From positions 12,846-76,845 of the forward strand of contig CAMZHV010000001.1 of the NCBI GenBank assembly GCA_947307015.1: a DNA stretch of 64,000 bases. Reading direction: 5' to 3'. The position numbers were made by a program, and so were the translations under genes. The DNA is from an uncultured Prevotellaceae bacterium. Its GTDB lineage: Bacteria > Bacteroidota > Bacteroidia > Bacteroidales > Bacteroidaceae. Below are positions 36,858 through 45,340 of this stretch, piece after piece (the first letter of the stretch is position 1; each line of letters begins with the position of its first letter). A model generated the notes under the pieces. That model was not told the DNA's origin. It did no database searches and saw only the letters and a program-made list of their open reading frames with translations.

Positions 36858-38282
36858 CTATTCCACTTCGTAGCCGGCAATCTTAGCCATGCCCGGAGCT
36901 ATCTCGATGTTGTCGATACGGCCTTGGAAGATCTCGGTGCCAGGGCCAACAGCAAAGATGGGGACGTAGCCGTTGGAGTGTCCGCCGCTGGCCCAGCTGA
37001 TCATGGCGACCTCAGAGAGGATGTGCTTCGTGGTCTCGCAGAGGTCACCGATGCGGTCGCGCACAGCCTTGCTGTCGGGGTCGGCGTTGCTTTCAGTGAC
37101 GGCTTTCTCGATGTCGTTCCAACGACGCTGTATGCGCTCCTGCTGGGCATCCTTGAGCTTGATGCCTGCTCCGAAGCCCATGAGGTCGCGCAGCTGCTTC
37201 TCGACAGCAGTCCACGTGAACTTCTTCGGTGCCTTTTTGTATTGGTCGCGCAGGATGGACTTGAACTCATTGATGCTGCGACGCTGGTACTTGAGCAGGT
37301 CGGTGTGGATCTCGTAGGGACCTACGCCCATAGCCATACCGCCCGTCTCATGGTCGGCGCTGATGACGATGATGGTCTCGTCGGGGTGCTGCTGATAGAA
37401 TTCGTAGGCGACCTTGACAGCCTTGTCCATATCAAGCACCTCGTTGATGGCGGTGCCGATGTCGTTGCTGTGGCATGCCCAGTCAATCATGCCGCCTTCA
37501 ATCTGGAAGAAGAAGCCATCGGTGCCTTTATTCGAGAGATAGTTGATGCCGGCACGAACAATCTGCTCGAGGGTGAGGTCGTCCTTGTTCTGGTCGAGAG
37601 AGTAGGGCAGCTGATCGCTGGTGAGATGCTCGTTCCTCTTGTCGCTCTGGAAGAGGATGAGCTTGTCAGCCTTCAGGCCTTTCTTCTGATACTCCTTGTA
37701 GCCTTTTAGGATGGTGTAGCCTGCAGCCTTAGCCTGCTCATGCAGCGAAGGGCCGCCGTCCTTGACATGGGGCGTATGGAAGTCTGCTGCGGAAAAGAAG
37801 TCGAAGCCGCTCTTGCACAAGTCCTGACCAATCTCGTAGTACATGTTACGGTTGGGCTGGTGGCCGTAGAAGGAAGCGGGCGTAGCGTGCGTGATGGATA
37901 CTGTCGTGGCGATGCCCACGGCTTTGCCAGCTTTCTTGGCCCAGGTGGCAATGCTGGTGCAGGGCGTCTCCAGGTCTTCAAGCACGCCGATGGCGCCGTT
38001 CTTGGTCTTCTTGCCCGTAGCGAGCGCCGTGCCGCCAGCAGCGGAGTCGGTGACGCCATTGGTGGCAGAATAGGTGTTGACAAGTCCCACAACGGGGAAG
38101 CTGGCCATGAGGATAGGTTCGATACCAATCTTGCCCTTCAAGGCTGCCTGATAGGTCTCGGTGACGTTGATCTGGTTGACGCCCATGCCGTCGCCGATGA
38201 AATAAAATACATACTTGACCTCAGCGGAAGCCGTGAGGGCGATGAGTGTTGCCAATAGGCAACTGAGAAGACGATGTTTCAT
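36858..38282 (-). CDS. Alkaline phosphatase (PhoA family)
   Basis: 474 aa with a signal peptide. FIGDGMG, TDSAAGGTALATG (active-site Ser) and ADHETGG motifs. Confidence 0.9.
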   Translation of the reverse strand: MKHRLLSCLLATLIALTASAEVKYVFYFIGDGMGVNQINVTETYQAALKGKIGIEPILMASFPVVGLVNTYSATNGVTDSAAGGTALATGKKTKNGAIGVLEDLETPCTSIATWAKKAGKAVGIATTVSITHATPASFYGHQPNRNMYYEIGQDLCKSGFDFFSAADFHTPHVKDGGPSLHEQAKAAGYTILKGYKEYQKKGLKADKLILFQSDKRNEHLTSDQLPYSLDQNKDDLTLEQIVRAGINYLSNKGTDGFFFQIEGGMIDWACHSNDIGTAINEVLDMDKAVKVAYEFYQQHPDETIIVISADHETGGMAMGVGPYEIHTDLLKYQRRSINEFKSILRDQYKKAPKKFTWTAVEKQLRDLMGFGAGIKLKDAQQERIQRRWNDIEKAVTESNADPDSKAVRDRIGDLCETTKHILSEVAMISWASGGHSNGYVPIFAVGPGTEIFQGRIDNIEIAPGMAKIAGYEVE

Positions 38283-38285
38283 TAT

Positions 38286-38320
38286 AGTTAAGAGTTAAAA
38301 GTTAGGTGTTTAAGGTTTAA
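38286..38320. repeat. Five tandem AGTTAAN/GTTTAA-type heptamers directly upstream of the alkaline phosphatase ATG
   Basis: agttaag agttaaa agttagg tgtttaa ggtttaa. Confidence 0.6.
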
Positions 38321-38368
38321 GAGGGGAGGGGACCTCGGCTGGTGCCGAGGGCACGGTGGTGGGGTTGG
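38321..38368 (-). repeat. Single C-tail + hairpin module variant at the PPIase|alkaline phosphatase junction
   Basis: Minus strand reads CCAACCCCACCACCGTG-CCCTCGGCACCAGCCGAGG-TCCCCTCCCCTC, starting right after the PPIase stop. Confidence 0.4.
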
Positions 38369-39067
38369 TTATTCGACGATTGTTTTGATGATCATGACAT
38401 CCTCAAGGGGGCGGTCGTTCTTGTCTGTGGCTACGGCCTGTATAGCCTTGACGACCTTCATGCCGTCGATGACGCGACCGAAGACGGTGTAGGTGCCGTC
38501 AAGGTGAGGCGAGCCGCCATATTGCAGGTAGTCGTTCCACATATCGCGTGTCATCTCAATGCCCTGCTCGGCGAGGGCAGCACGCTGCTTGCCCAAGGAA
38601 CTTTCACCCCACGAGCGGCCATAAACGATGTAGAACTGCGAGCCGCTACTGCGCATCTCGGGATTCACATCGTCGCTTTCGCGGGCTGCTGCCAGCGCTC
38701 CGCGCACATGATAAAGCCAGGGGAGGTCGAACTCGGCAGGAAGCGTATAGCCTGTATCTCCTTCACCCAAAGGCTTCTCGCGTGAGGGCGATACAAGTTG
38801 CCCGTCCACCGTCTTCACGCGGCTGTCGGGATCGCCGCCCTGAATCATGAAGTCCTTGATGACGCGGTGGAAGAGTGTGCTGTCATAGAAACCTGCACGA
38901 CAGAGTTTCACGAAGTTATCGCGGTGCTTCGGCGTCTCGTCGCTCAGCTCTACGCGTATGGTGCCTGCCGTTGTCTCTATACGAATACGCTGCTTCTTCG
39001 GCTTGGCCTGAAGAGCCATACCGAAGAGCAGCGTAAGCGTGATAATCAGCGCGATTCGTTGTTTCAT
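38369..39067 (-). CDS. Peptidyl-prolyl cis-trans isomerase (cyclophilin type), secreted
   Basis: 232 aa with a signal peptide. FHRVIKDFMIQGGDP and SGSQFYIV motifs. Confidence 0.92.
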   Translation of the reverse strand: MKQRIALIITLTLLFGMALQAKPKKQRIRIETTAGTIRVELSDETPKHRDNFVKLCRAGFYDSTLFHRVIKDFMIQGGDPDSRVKTVDGQLVSPSREKPLGEGDTGYTLPAEFDLPWLYHVRGALAAARESDDVNPEMRSSGSQFYIVYGRSWGESSLGKQRAALAEQGIEMTRDMWNDYLQYGGSPHLDGTYTVFGRVIDGMKVVKAIQAVATDKNDRPLEDVMIIKTIVE

Positions 39068-39071
39068 GCCG

Positions 39072-39079
39072 CAAAGGTA
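39072..39079 (-). promoter_or_regulatory. Putative -7 box TACCTTTG only 4 nt upstream of the PPIase ATG (leaderless geometry)
   Basis: Minus strand reads TACCTTTG-CGGC-ATG. Confidence 0.45.
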
Positions 39080-39158
39080 AACTTTTTTTGGCAGAAACCG
39101 ACCATCATTCCCTAAAAAAATGATGATGGACGCGCAGAAAGATGATTGAGCGGCCTCG

Positions 39159-42100
39159 TCAACGCACTACCTTGCGGCCATTGATGACGTAGATGCCCGG
39201 ACGAACGATGCTGGTGACACGGCGTCCTGAGAGGTCATAGATGGCGTCGGACGGTGTATGAATGTCTTTCACAACGTCTGAGATGGCATCGGTGAAGTCG
39301 CTGCCGAAGGTGACCATGATATTCTCGTTCATCGAGGCCATGTAGATGCTGATGGAGGTGAAGAAGGCAGACTCTGCAATCTTACCTGACATAGACACAG
39401 GAAACTCGCCGAGGTAGGGACCTATCCATTCGATAGAGGAATCGCTGCCCGGCTGAATTGTGATGTTGTTGGAGGCCATGAACATATACAAGTCCTTGTC
39501 AGCCACCTGGACGGGCAGGATGTTCGTCAGCAGGATGGTGCCGATGGGTGTCTTTACGCCATCCTCGGTGGCGAGCCAGAAGTCGTTGAGCGAGAGGTTG
39601 ATCGTGCCGTCCTCGTTGACGGTCATCGTCACACTGGCATCTTCAGGATAGCTTGTCTCGCCGTTGACCGTGACGAAGATCGTGGATGTATAGGTGCAAT
39701 CGCGAAGGATTTTGTCCTTCTCTTCACCGCCGCCGCCGATTTCCGGCCAACCCTGGTCGGTGCCGAAGGTGACGTGGATGACGCCTACGCCAGCCATATT
39801 GATGTCGATGACGCAGTAGAGCTTGTCCTCGCCGACCTTACCATTGAGCGACACGGGAATAGTGCCGAGCATGGGACCCATCCACATCACGTTCGGGTCG
39901 TCGCCAGCGCTGATGGTGACGTTCTCGGAGGTCTTGAACGTAGCATAGGCTTTACCGGCACGAATCACGTAAGGCACGCTCTGCAACACGATATTACCGA
40001 CGCCCATGACCTCACCGTCCTGTTCCATCTGGAAGTTCTCAAGCATAAGATCCAGCGTTTTGTTTTCATCGTTGAAGACGACTTTGATGTTCGTCTGAAT
40101 CGGCTCATTAGCCATACCGTTGAGGGTGACGACGAGGTTGTCTGTGTAGACATGCGTGCCCTTCAACTCAATCATCTCGTCGTGATCGGGATTGGGATCG
40201 TGATCAATGAGGTCTGGGTCATCCAACTCGTTGATGAGCGATTCGCCGAAGATGACTTCAATATTCTGATTCAGTTTGGACATCATGTCAATAGTGATCT
40301 TCACGAGCAGCGAGTCGTTGCGGATGAGGCCGTCCATTACGATGGGCACATCTCCCAAGGCGGGCCCCATCCACGTGACACCGCTGGGCATGTCGCCGTC
40401 CTGTATCACGATATTGCGTTCCTCGTGGAAAGTCATGTCGCTGTTGAAGTGCATGTCTTCCACCTTAATCGTACCAACGTAGGTGGGATTGTCCACATCG
40501 CCCATCGTGAAGTTGCGCAGGATAAAGTTTGTCACGCCGTTGTCCATCTCCTCGAGAGTGATGGTGGCGCGTTTGGGCGTGCTGGAATAGTCGTTGACTG
40601 TGACCTTGATGAGGTCAGGATAGTCTTTGGAGTTGACAACCTGCGGGCCGAAGAGCACGGTGTAGGTGTTCTGGTTGGAGGGATTCTCGGCGATGTCAGA
40701 GCCACTCACCGTGATGGTCAGCAGTTTCTGCACCTCATCGAAGCTCGTCGTGATGGTGGCACCGCGGCCGTTGCTCTTCAGCGTGAGGAGCGACGGATCA
40801 TAGTCCGTCATCACACGTGCCTGACCGCCAATAAATTCTAACGTCGTGCCGTTGTAGGTTGCCTCGCTGAGCTCGCTATTGTACACAAATTCGAGGTCAT
40901 CCACCTCAAGGATGTTGTTATCCTTCATGTTGTCATGAGTCCAGTAGTCGGCACTGGAGATGATGATGTTCATCTTCTCAGGCAGTTCGGAAGCCGCAGC
41001 CGGCACATAGTTGAGGGGCACCGTGATGGCCTGCCAATTGCTGTTCTGCGTCGTGGTGAAGGCGTAGTCGCAGTAAGCGATGAGCTGCCCGTCGCCAGTG
41101 ACGTTGTTGTCCTTGCCCATGATGGCGCGGTCAACATTCTCGGCTTCGGTGTTGGGCGAACCGTTCTTACCGATCTTGCTCTTGAAGGTTCCCTTCCAGA
41201 GATAGACGATGATGCGTGCTGCCTCGTCGCCATCATTCAATGTACGACGGAACATTCCGCGGATGGCATCGGGACGACGGTTGAAGCTCTGACCGCCGTA
41301 AGTGCCGCCGTCGTGATCGCTAAGCGATGTCGAGGTGTGATAGAACCAGGGCGTACCAAGGGTGATATAGGCAGGATGGACGTAGTGATCCCACATAAAG
41401 ATGGTAGGATCCGTGGTCTTGTTCGTGAGCTTCACCGCATTGCCGGACAAGCCATCCGTTTTCTCTACCATTTCTGCCCTCTTGGTGCTCAGCAACACCT
41501 TATATTCCACGCTGCTGCCATTCCACCCCTCGGGTTCTATGCCTGGACGCTTCTGCTCGTTAGCTCCAACGAGGATGGTCTTGTCACAAGCTTCCTTCCA
41601 CAGTTCGAAGGAGCCGTTGGGAATAAGCGCACTGCCTGTGGTGGGTTCATCAGGATCAATGATCGGACCTACTGGCTCATCGGGATTCTCGTTGCCTGTG
41701 AAGGTGATGGTGTAGGAATGTTTGTTCTCGGGGTTGATACTGATGTCATCACCCTCAATGAGGATGCTCAGCGTGAGGCTGCCCTCGTCATAGCTGCGCG
41801 TGACCTTGGCACCCTGTCCCTTGATGCGCAAGCGCAGGAGCGTCTCGTCATACTGGCCGTCGATGGTAGCCGTGTTGCCTGTGAAGTTCACAGCACTGCC
41901 ATTCCAGATGGCGTTCTCCAACTCACTGTAGTAGAGGAACTCCACGTCGTCGGCAATCATCCAGTCGTTCTTGTTGCCCTTGCCGGGCTGACCGCTCGTC
42001 ATCAATGAGATGAGGGCGTAGGCAGGACGTGTGCCGTCGGTGACATCGTAGGTCAAGGGGATGATGACCTCCTGCCAGTCGTCGCTGTTGGGGATGGCCG

Positions 42101-42626
42101 CATGTTCGCCCTTAGCGATACGCACTGCCGTGATATTGTTCGCAGCGGGATCCTGGAAGTAACCGTCGGTATGCAGACTACAGCTGGCACCGGCACCATA
42201 TTCACACGATGACTTTGCCCAGAAGCGGAGAGCATCGGGAAGGCCCGTGAAAGGCTGGTTGAAGTCAGGGTCGGACGTGTCAGAGTAGTTGTAGTTGCCC
42301 GTGGCATCGGTAGCACTCGTGCTGCCCATATTGATGCGGCCAGTGGTCAGGTTGCCCTGTGCTACCACGCCGAAAACCGATCGTCCAAAGATGCGGGCGG
42401 CAGCCGAACCGGAGTGAGCGTCGGAGGATTTCTCGACCTGCTTACCTCCCATACTGGAAAGTCCTCCAGAGGCCGTCAGGAACGAATTCCAATGTGCGGG
42501 CTCAATGCTGTTTTCGCCCTCGCGCTCCCACTGTTCAAAACTACCGTTCTGGATCTGATACTGCGCCTGCACCGTCATAGCGGAAGCCAACGCAGCAACT
42601 AAGAAACATAATTTTTTCATTTTCAT
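39159..42626 (-). CDS. Large T9SS-secreted protein: two PCMD-like N-terminal modules, repeated lipocalin/calycin-like modules, C-terminal sorting domain
   Basis: About 1155 aa from MKMKKLCFLVAALASAMTVQAQ (the ORF extends to 42662). IQNGSFEQWE and IPNGSFELWK PCMD-type openings. Three similar LxNFxM...VG.I modules. C-terminus AIYDLSGRRV...GIYVINGRKVVR. Confidence 0.75.
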   Translation of the reverse strand: MKMKKLCFLVAALASAMTVQAQYQIQNGSFEQWEREGENSIEPAHWNSFLTASGGLSSMGGKQVEKSSDAHSGSAAARIFGRSVFGVVAQGNLTTGRINMGSTSATDATGNYNYSDTSDPDFNQPFTGLPDALRFWAKSSCEYGAGASCSLHTDGYFQDPAANNITAVRIAKGEHAAIPNSDDWQEVIIPLTYDVTDGTRPAYALISLMTSGQPGKGNKNDWMIADDVEFLYYSELENAIWNGSAVNFTGNTATIDGQYDETLLRLRIKGQGAKVTRSYDEGSLTLSILIEGDDISINPENKHSYTITFTGNENPDEPVGPIIDPDEPTTGSALIPNGSFELWKEACDKTILVGANEQKRPGIEPEGWNGSSVEYKVLLSTKRAEMVEKTDGLSGNAVKLTNKTTDPTIFMWDHYVHPAYITLGTPWFYHTSTSLSDHDGGTYGGQSFNRRPDAIRGMFRRTLNDGDEAARIIVYLWKGTFKSKIGKNGSPNTEAENVDRAIMGKDNNVTGDGQLIAYCDYAFTTTQNSNWQAITVPLNYVPAAASELPEKMNIIISSADYWTHDNMKDNNILEVDDLEFVYNSELSEATYNGTTLEFIGGQARVMTDYDPSLLTLKSNGRGATITTSFDEVQKLLTITVSGSDIAENPSNQNTYTVLFGPQVVNSKDYPDLIKVTVNDYSSTPKRATITLEEMDNGVTNFILRNFTMGDVDNPTYVGTIKVEDMHFNSDMTFHEERNIVIQDGDMPSGVTWMGPALGDVPIVMDGLIRNDSLLVKITIDMMSKLNQNIEVIFGESLINELDDPDLIDHDPNPDHDEMIELKGTHVYTDNLVVTLNGMANEPIQTNIKVVFNDENKTLDLMLENFQMEQDGEVMGVGNIVLQSVPYVIRAGKAYATFKTSENVTISAGDDPNVMWMGPMLGTIPVSLNGKVGEDKLYCVIDINMAGVGVIHVTFGTDQGWPEIGGGGEEKDKILRDCTYTSTIFVTVNGETSYPEDASVTMTVNEDGTINLSLNDFWLATEDGVKTPIGTILLTNILPVQVADKDLYMFMASNNITIQPGSDSSIEWIGPYLGEFPVSMSGKIAESAFFTSISIYMASMNENIMVTFGSDFTDAISDVVKDIHTPSDAIYDLSGRRVTSIVRPGIYVINGRKVVR

Positions 42627-42645
42627 TTCATATTTCATGTTTGAT

Positions 42646-43419
42646 TCAATATCTGTAAGCAACGCCTATCTTGGCGTAAAGGGGATACATGTTAAACGGC
42701 ACCGTTTCAAAGGAGTCTGGGAAAATGCTGCTCAAACTCCAGTCGAAGGCACCGAAGACGTTCAAGTGTTTCATCGCCTTGTACTCGAACATAAACTCCA
42801 GGCCCCAATAAAAATGGTTCATGTTGCCGGAGAAATCGTAGGTCGCGGGGTTGTCGTCCGTGATCTCGATCTTCTGTCCCGTGGGATCGCCCTCGCGGAG
42901 GTAGCCGTCGGTGACCTCGCCGTCGAATGTTCCTTTGGCAAGGAATGAGAAGAAGGGACCGACACCGATATTCCAGCGTGGCGACAGACGGCACGTGGCT
43001 GTCACAGGCACGGAGATGCCCGTCATCGTCGTATTCGTTATGTCCACGCCCGTGAAATTACCTTCCATGTAATTGTTACCCTGAGTAATACCCATACGGT
43101 AGTTCTTGACATTTGCATTCGTGCTGAAGCCTTCATGGAAGAAATGGACGCCAGCCTGTAGGCCGAAGCGACGGGAGAACATGTGATAGTAGTCGGCGCC
43201 AAAAGTGATGCCGCCCAAAGGCTCGAAAGCATTGATGGAACGAATCTCAGGAGGAACGGGCAACGGCGATGTGCCGCCGAGGACGAAGCCTACGCGGACA
43301 ATCCATCCGCCGTTTGTCAGACCGCCGGGACCCCAAGTTGTCCATTTGTCATTCTCTTGTGCAACCAGTGCTGTCGAAAGGCTGAGCAGCACGGCGAAGA
43401 GCGATATCTTGTGTCTCAT
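42646..43419 (-). CDS. Outer-membrane beta-barrel (porin-like) protein
   Basis: 257 aa, signal peptide ending VAQ, alternating beta-strand pattern, C-terminal aromatic residue (GVAYRY). Confidence 0.65.
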   Translation of the reverse strand: MRHKISLFAVLLSLSTALVAQENDKWTTWGPGGLTNGGWIVRVGFVLGGTSPLPVPPEIRSINAFEPLGGITFGADYYHMFSRRFGLQAGVHFFHEGFSTNANVKNYRMGITQGNNYMEGNFTGVDITNTTMTGISVPVTATCRLSPRWNIGVGPFFSFLAKGTFDGEVTDGYLREGDPTGQKIEITDDNPATYDFSGNMNHFYWGLEFMFEYKAMKHLNVFGAFDWSLSSIFPDSFETVPFNMYPLYAKIGVAYRY

Positions 43420-43441
43420 ACGTACCTATATATTTATCTTA

Positions 43442-44653
43442 TCAATACTCACATTCTATCGTTACATTGTCTATCCACAGCGTGCTGCCCACGGCACCAC
43501 AGAAATTGCCTCCGTCGGCACTCGAAGTGAAGACGATGGCCATCGAATAGTTCTCGCCCTCTACATCTTCCTGGCTGAGTTCAGTTGTATAGACGATGGG
43601 CAGTTCGAACTTTGTCCACTCCGAACTGTTCATGACCACGTCCTCGCTATTGATGCGGGCCTTACCCACTACATATTCTGCGTTGGGATTCTTCTGGGGA
43701 TTGGTCTCCAAGATGTTTCCATCCATCTGTATACGATTGCCCTGCGCATCCGCATTGCGATAGATGACGCAATAGATGTCGGGGTAGTCGATCTCGCCAG
43801 GCAAGGCATTACCCTGACGATCCTGCTTCGTAGCGCCGGGCTGATATTTATAGTAGCCTGACATCTTCACTGGCTTATGGGCATAGGGATGGCCCATCTT
43901 TGTGGCTGCCAATGCATTGCGCAAGGCATTCGCCACGTCAAAGCTTCCGGCGAATAGGTTGCCGGCAGCGATTCTCATATTGACCATCGCACCGAAGCCC
44001 TTCGTATCACTGGTTGTCAAACGGACGCAGTTCTTACCGTCGACACCCGTATGCTCCTCGGGGCAAGTGGGATATTCCTGCGGTTTAGCCGAGCTTACGC
44101 TGAGACGGTAGCCAGGATTGCCTGTAGCCCACCACGGCGATACGGGAACGTTGGGTTCATGCCATTCGTAGAAGCTGCCACGCTCGTCTAACTGGTAATA
44201 GTCGTCAAAAGAGAAATAGAGGTCACCGCCGCCACGGACACGTGGCATGACGCTGACGCCATAGTCGCGGTGGTAGTTTCCATCTTCGGAGTGTACGCGG
44301 AACATCACGACCTGGGCATTGGAAAAATCGACGACGTCACCGTTCACGAAGGGCACTTCGCGGTTGTTCAACGCATCTAAGCGGAAGATTTGCGCACCAG
44401 GCGTGACCTGCATATACAGGGGCATCTGCGTCACTACGACATCATAACGTGTCTGGAAGACTATCGCGGTCTCCGCCGAGGGCACCTCATAGAGGGTGTC
44501 ATAAGAATGGAAGAACATCTCTTCCGGCACGTCCGTATGAACCCATATTTTTTCGATGTCGCACTCGGCATTGGCCGGTTCGTCGCCGAAGCACGAGGCG
44601 AATTGCAGGGCACCCACAATGGGCAAAAGGGCGATGATATGTGTTTTCTTCAT
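43442..44653 (-). CDS. PCMD-domain lipoprotein
   Basis: Start at MKKTHIIALLPIVGALQFASC (lipobox). WWATGNPGY...IAAGNLFAGSF...MSGYYKYQPG pattern of the putative carbohydrate metabolism domain. Confidence 0.7.
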   Translation of the reverse strand: MKKTHIIALLPIVGALQFASCFGDEPANAECDIEKIWVHTDVPEEMFFHSYDTLYEVPSAETAIVFQTRYDVVVTQMPLYMQVTPGAQIFRLDALNNREVPFVNGDVVDFSNAQVVMFRVHSEDGNYHRDYGVSVMPRVRGGGDLYFSFDDYYQLDERGSFYEWHEPNVPVSPWWATGNPGYRLSVSSAKPQEYPTCPEEHTGVDGKNCVRLTTSDTKGFGAMVNMRIAAGNLFAGSFDVANALRNALAATKMGHPYAHKPVKMSGYYKYQPGATKQDRQGNALPGEIDYPDIYCVIYRNADAQGNRIQMDGNILETNPQKNPNAEYVVGKARINSEDVVMNSSEWTKFELPIVYTTELSQEDVEGENYSMAIVFTSSADGGNFCGAVGSTLWIDNVTIECEY

Positions 44654-44742
44654 GTTCTCTGCAATCAAAAAATGTGTGAAGTGTGATGTGAGTAAAAGCT
44701 ATTAAATGTGTAAATCTTGTTAACGTAGCCATAAAAACGGCA

Positions 44743-44750
44743 CAAAGGTA
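44743..44750 (-). promoter_or_regulatory. Putative -7 box TACCTTTG for the PCMD / beta-barrel / T9SS-protein operon
   Basis: 89 nt upstream of ATG 44653. Confidence 0.4.
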
Positions 44751-44885
44751 ATACTTTCTCCTTAAATAATATCAAAAAAACGGTAATATCGGCGTTTTGT
44801 ACCGAATTTTCCCTTCTCTACGCATTATTTTCACGACAGAGGAAAAGATTTTTGCGATTCCTTTCGCTTTTTTTGATTTTCTATA

Positions 44886-44893
44886 TATCTTTG
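44886..44893 (+). promoter_or_regulatory. Putative -7 box TATCTTTG for DUF4492-cydAB
   Basis: 74 nt upstream of ATG 44968. Confidence 0.45.
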
Positions 44894-44967
44894 TCCCGCA
44901 ATCGAATCACTCGAGCCCATTTCTAAACATCTTGACCTAACAAACCTACATTCCTAACCACCTGATA

Positions 44968-45237
44968 ATGTCCAAAGAAAGCTTTTGGCGCCGTGCCATC
45001 AACCTCTACTATGATGGTTTCCGACAGATGACGCTGGGTCGCACGCTCTGGCTCATCATCGGCATCAAGCTTTTCGTCATCTTTGTTATCCTCAAAATCT
45101 TCTTTTTCCCCGATTTCATCGGGCAAAATGCCGAAAAAGGCAAGGAAGCAGAGTTCGTGGCTGGGGAGTTGAGTAAAAGAACAGACCCACCTCCTGCCCT
45201 CCCTGTGAGGGAGGGTGATAATACCTGTCAAGAATAA
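44968..45237 (+). CDS. DUF4492-like small membrane protein preceding cydAB
   Basis: 89 aa. WRRAINLYYDGFRQMTLGRTLWLIIGIKLFVIF, position upstream of cydA. The C-terminal part is encoded by a repeat arm. Confidence 0.75.
   Translation: MSKESFWRRAINLYYDGFRQMTLGRTLWLIIGIKLFVIFVILKIFFFPDFIGQNAEKGKEAEFVAGELSKRTDPPPALPVREGDNTCQE
45184..45217 (+). repeat. Type-A module (left arm of the DUF4492|cydA doublet), translated
   Basis: GACCCACCTCCTGCCCTCCCTGTGAGGGAGGGTG. Translated as [11 protein letters not shown]. Confidence 0.85.
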
Positions 45238-45297
45238 TAAACTAATTAACAATTTAAAAGAATGACCCTAATAGCCTCCTTTACTCTAAACATTCAA

Positions 45298-45330
45298 CTC
45301 TCCCCATATAGGGGGAGCGGGGAGGGGGTC
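45298..45330 (-). repeat. C-tail module variant (right arm of the DUF4492|cydA doublet)
   Basis: CTCTCCCCATATAGGGGGAGCGGGGAGGGGGTC. Ends 10 nt before the cydA ATG. Confidence 0.6.
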
Positions 45331-45340
45331 TTTTAAACCT

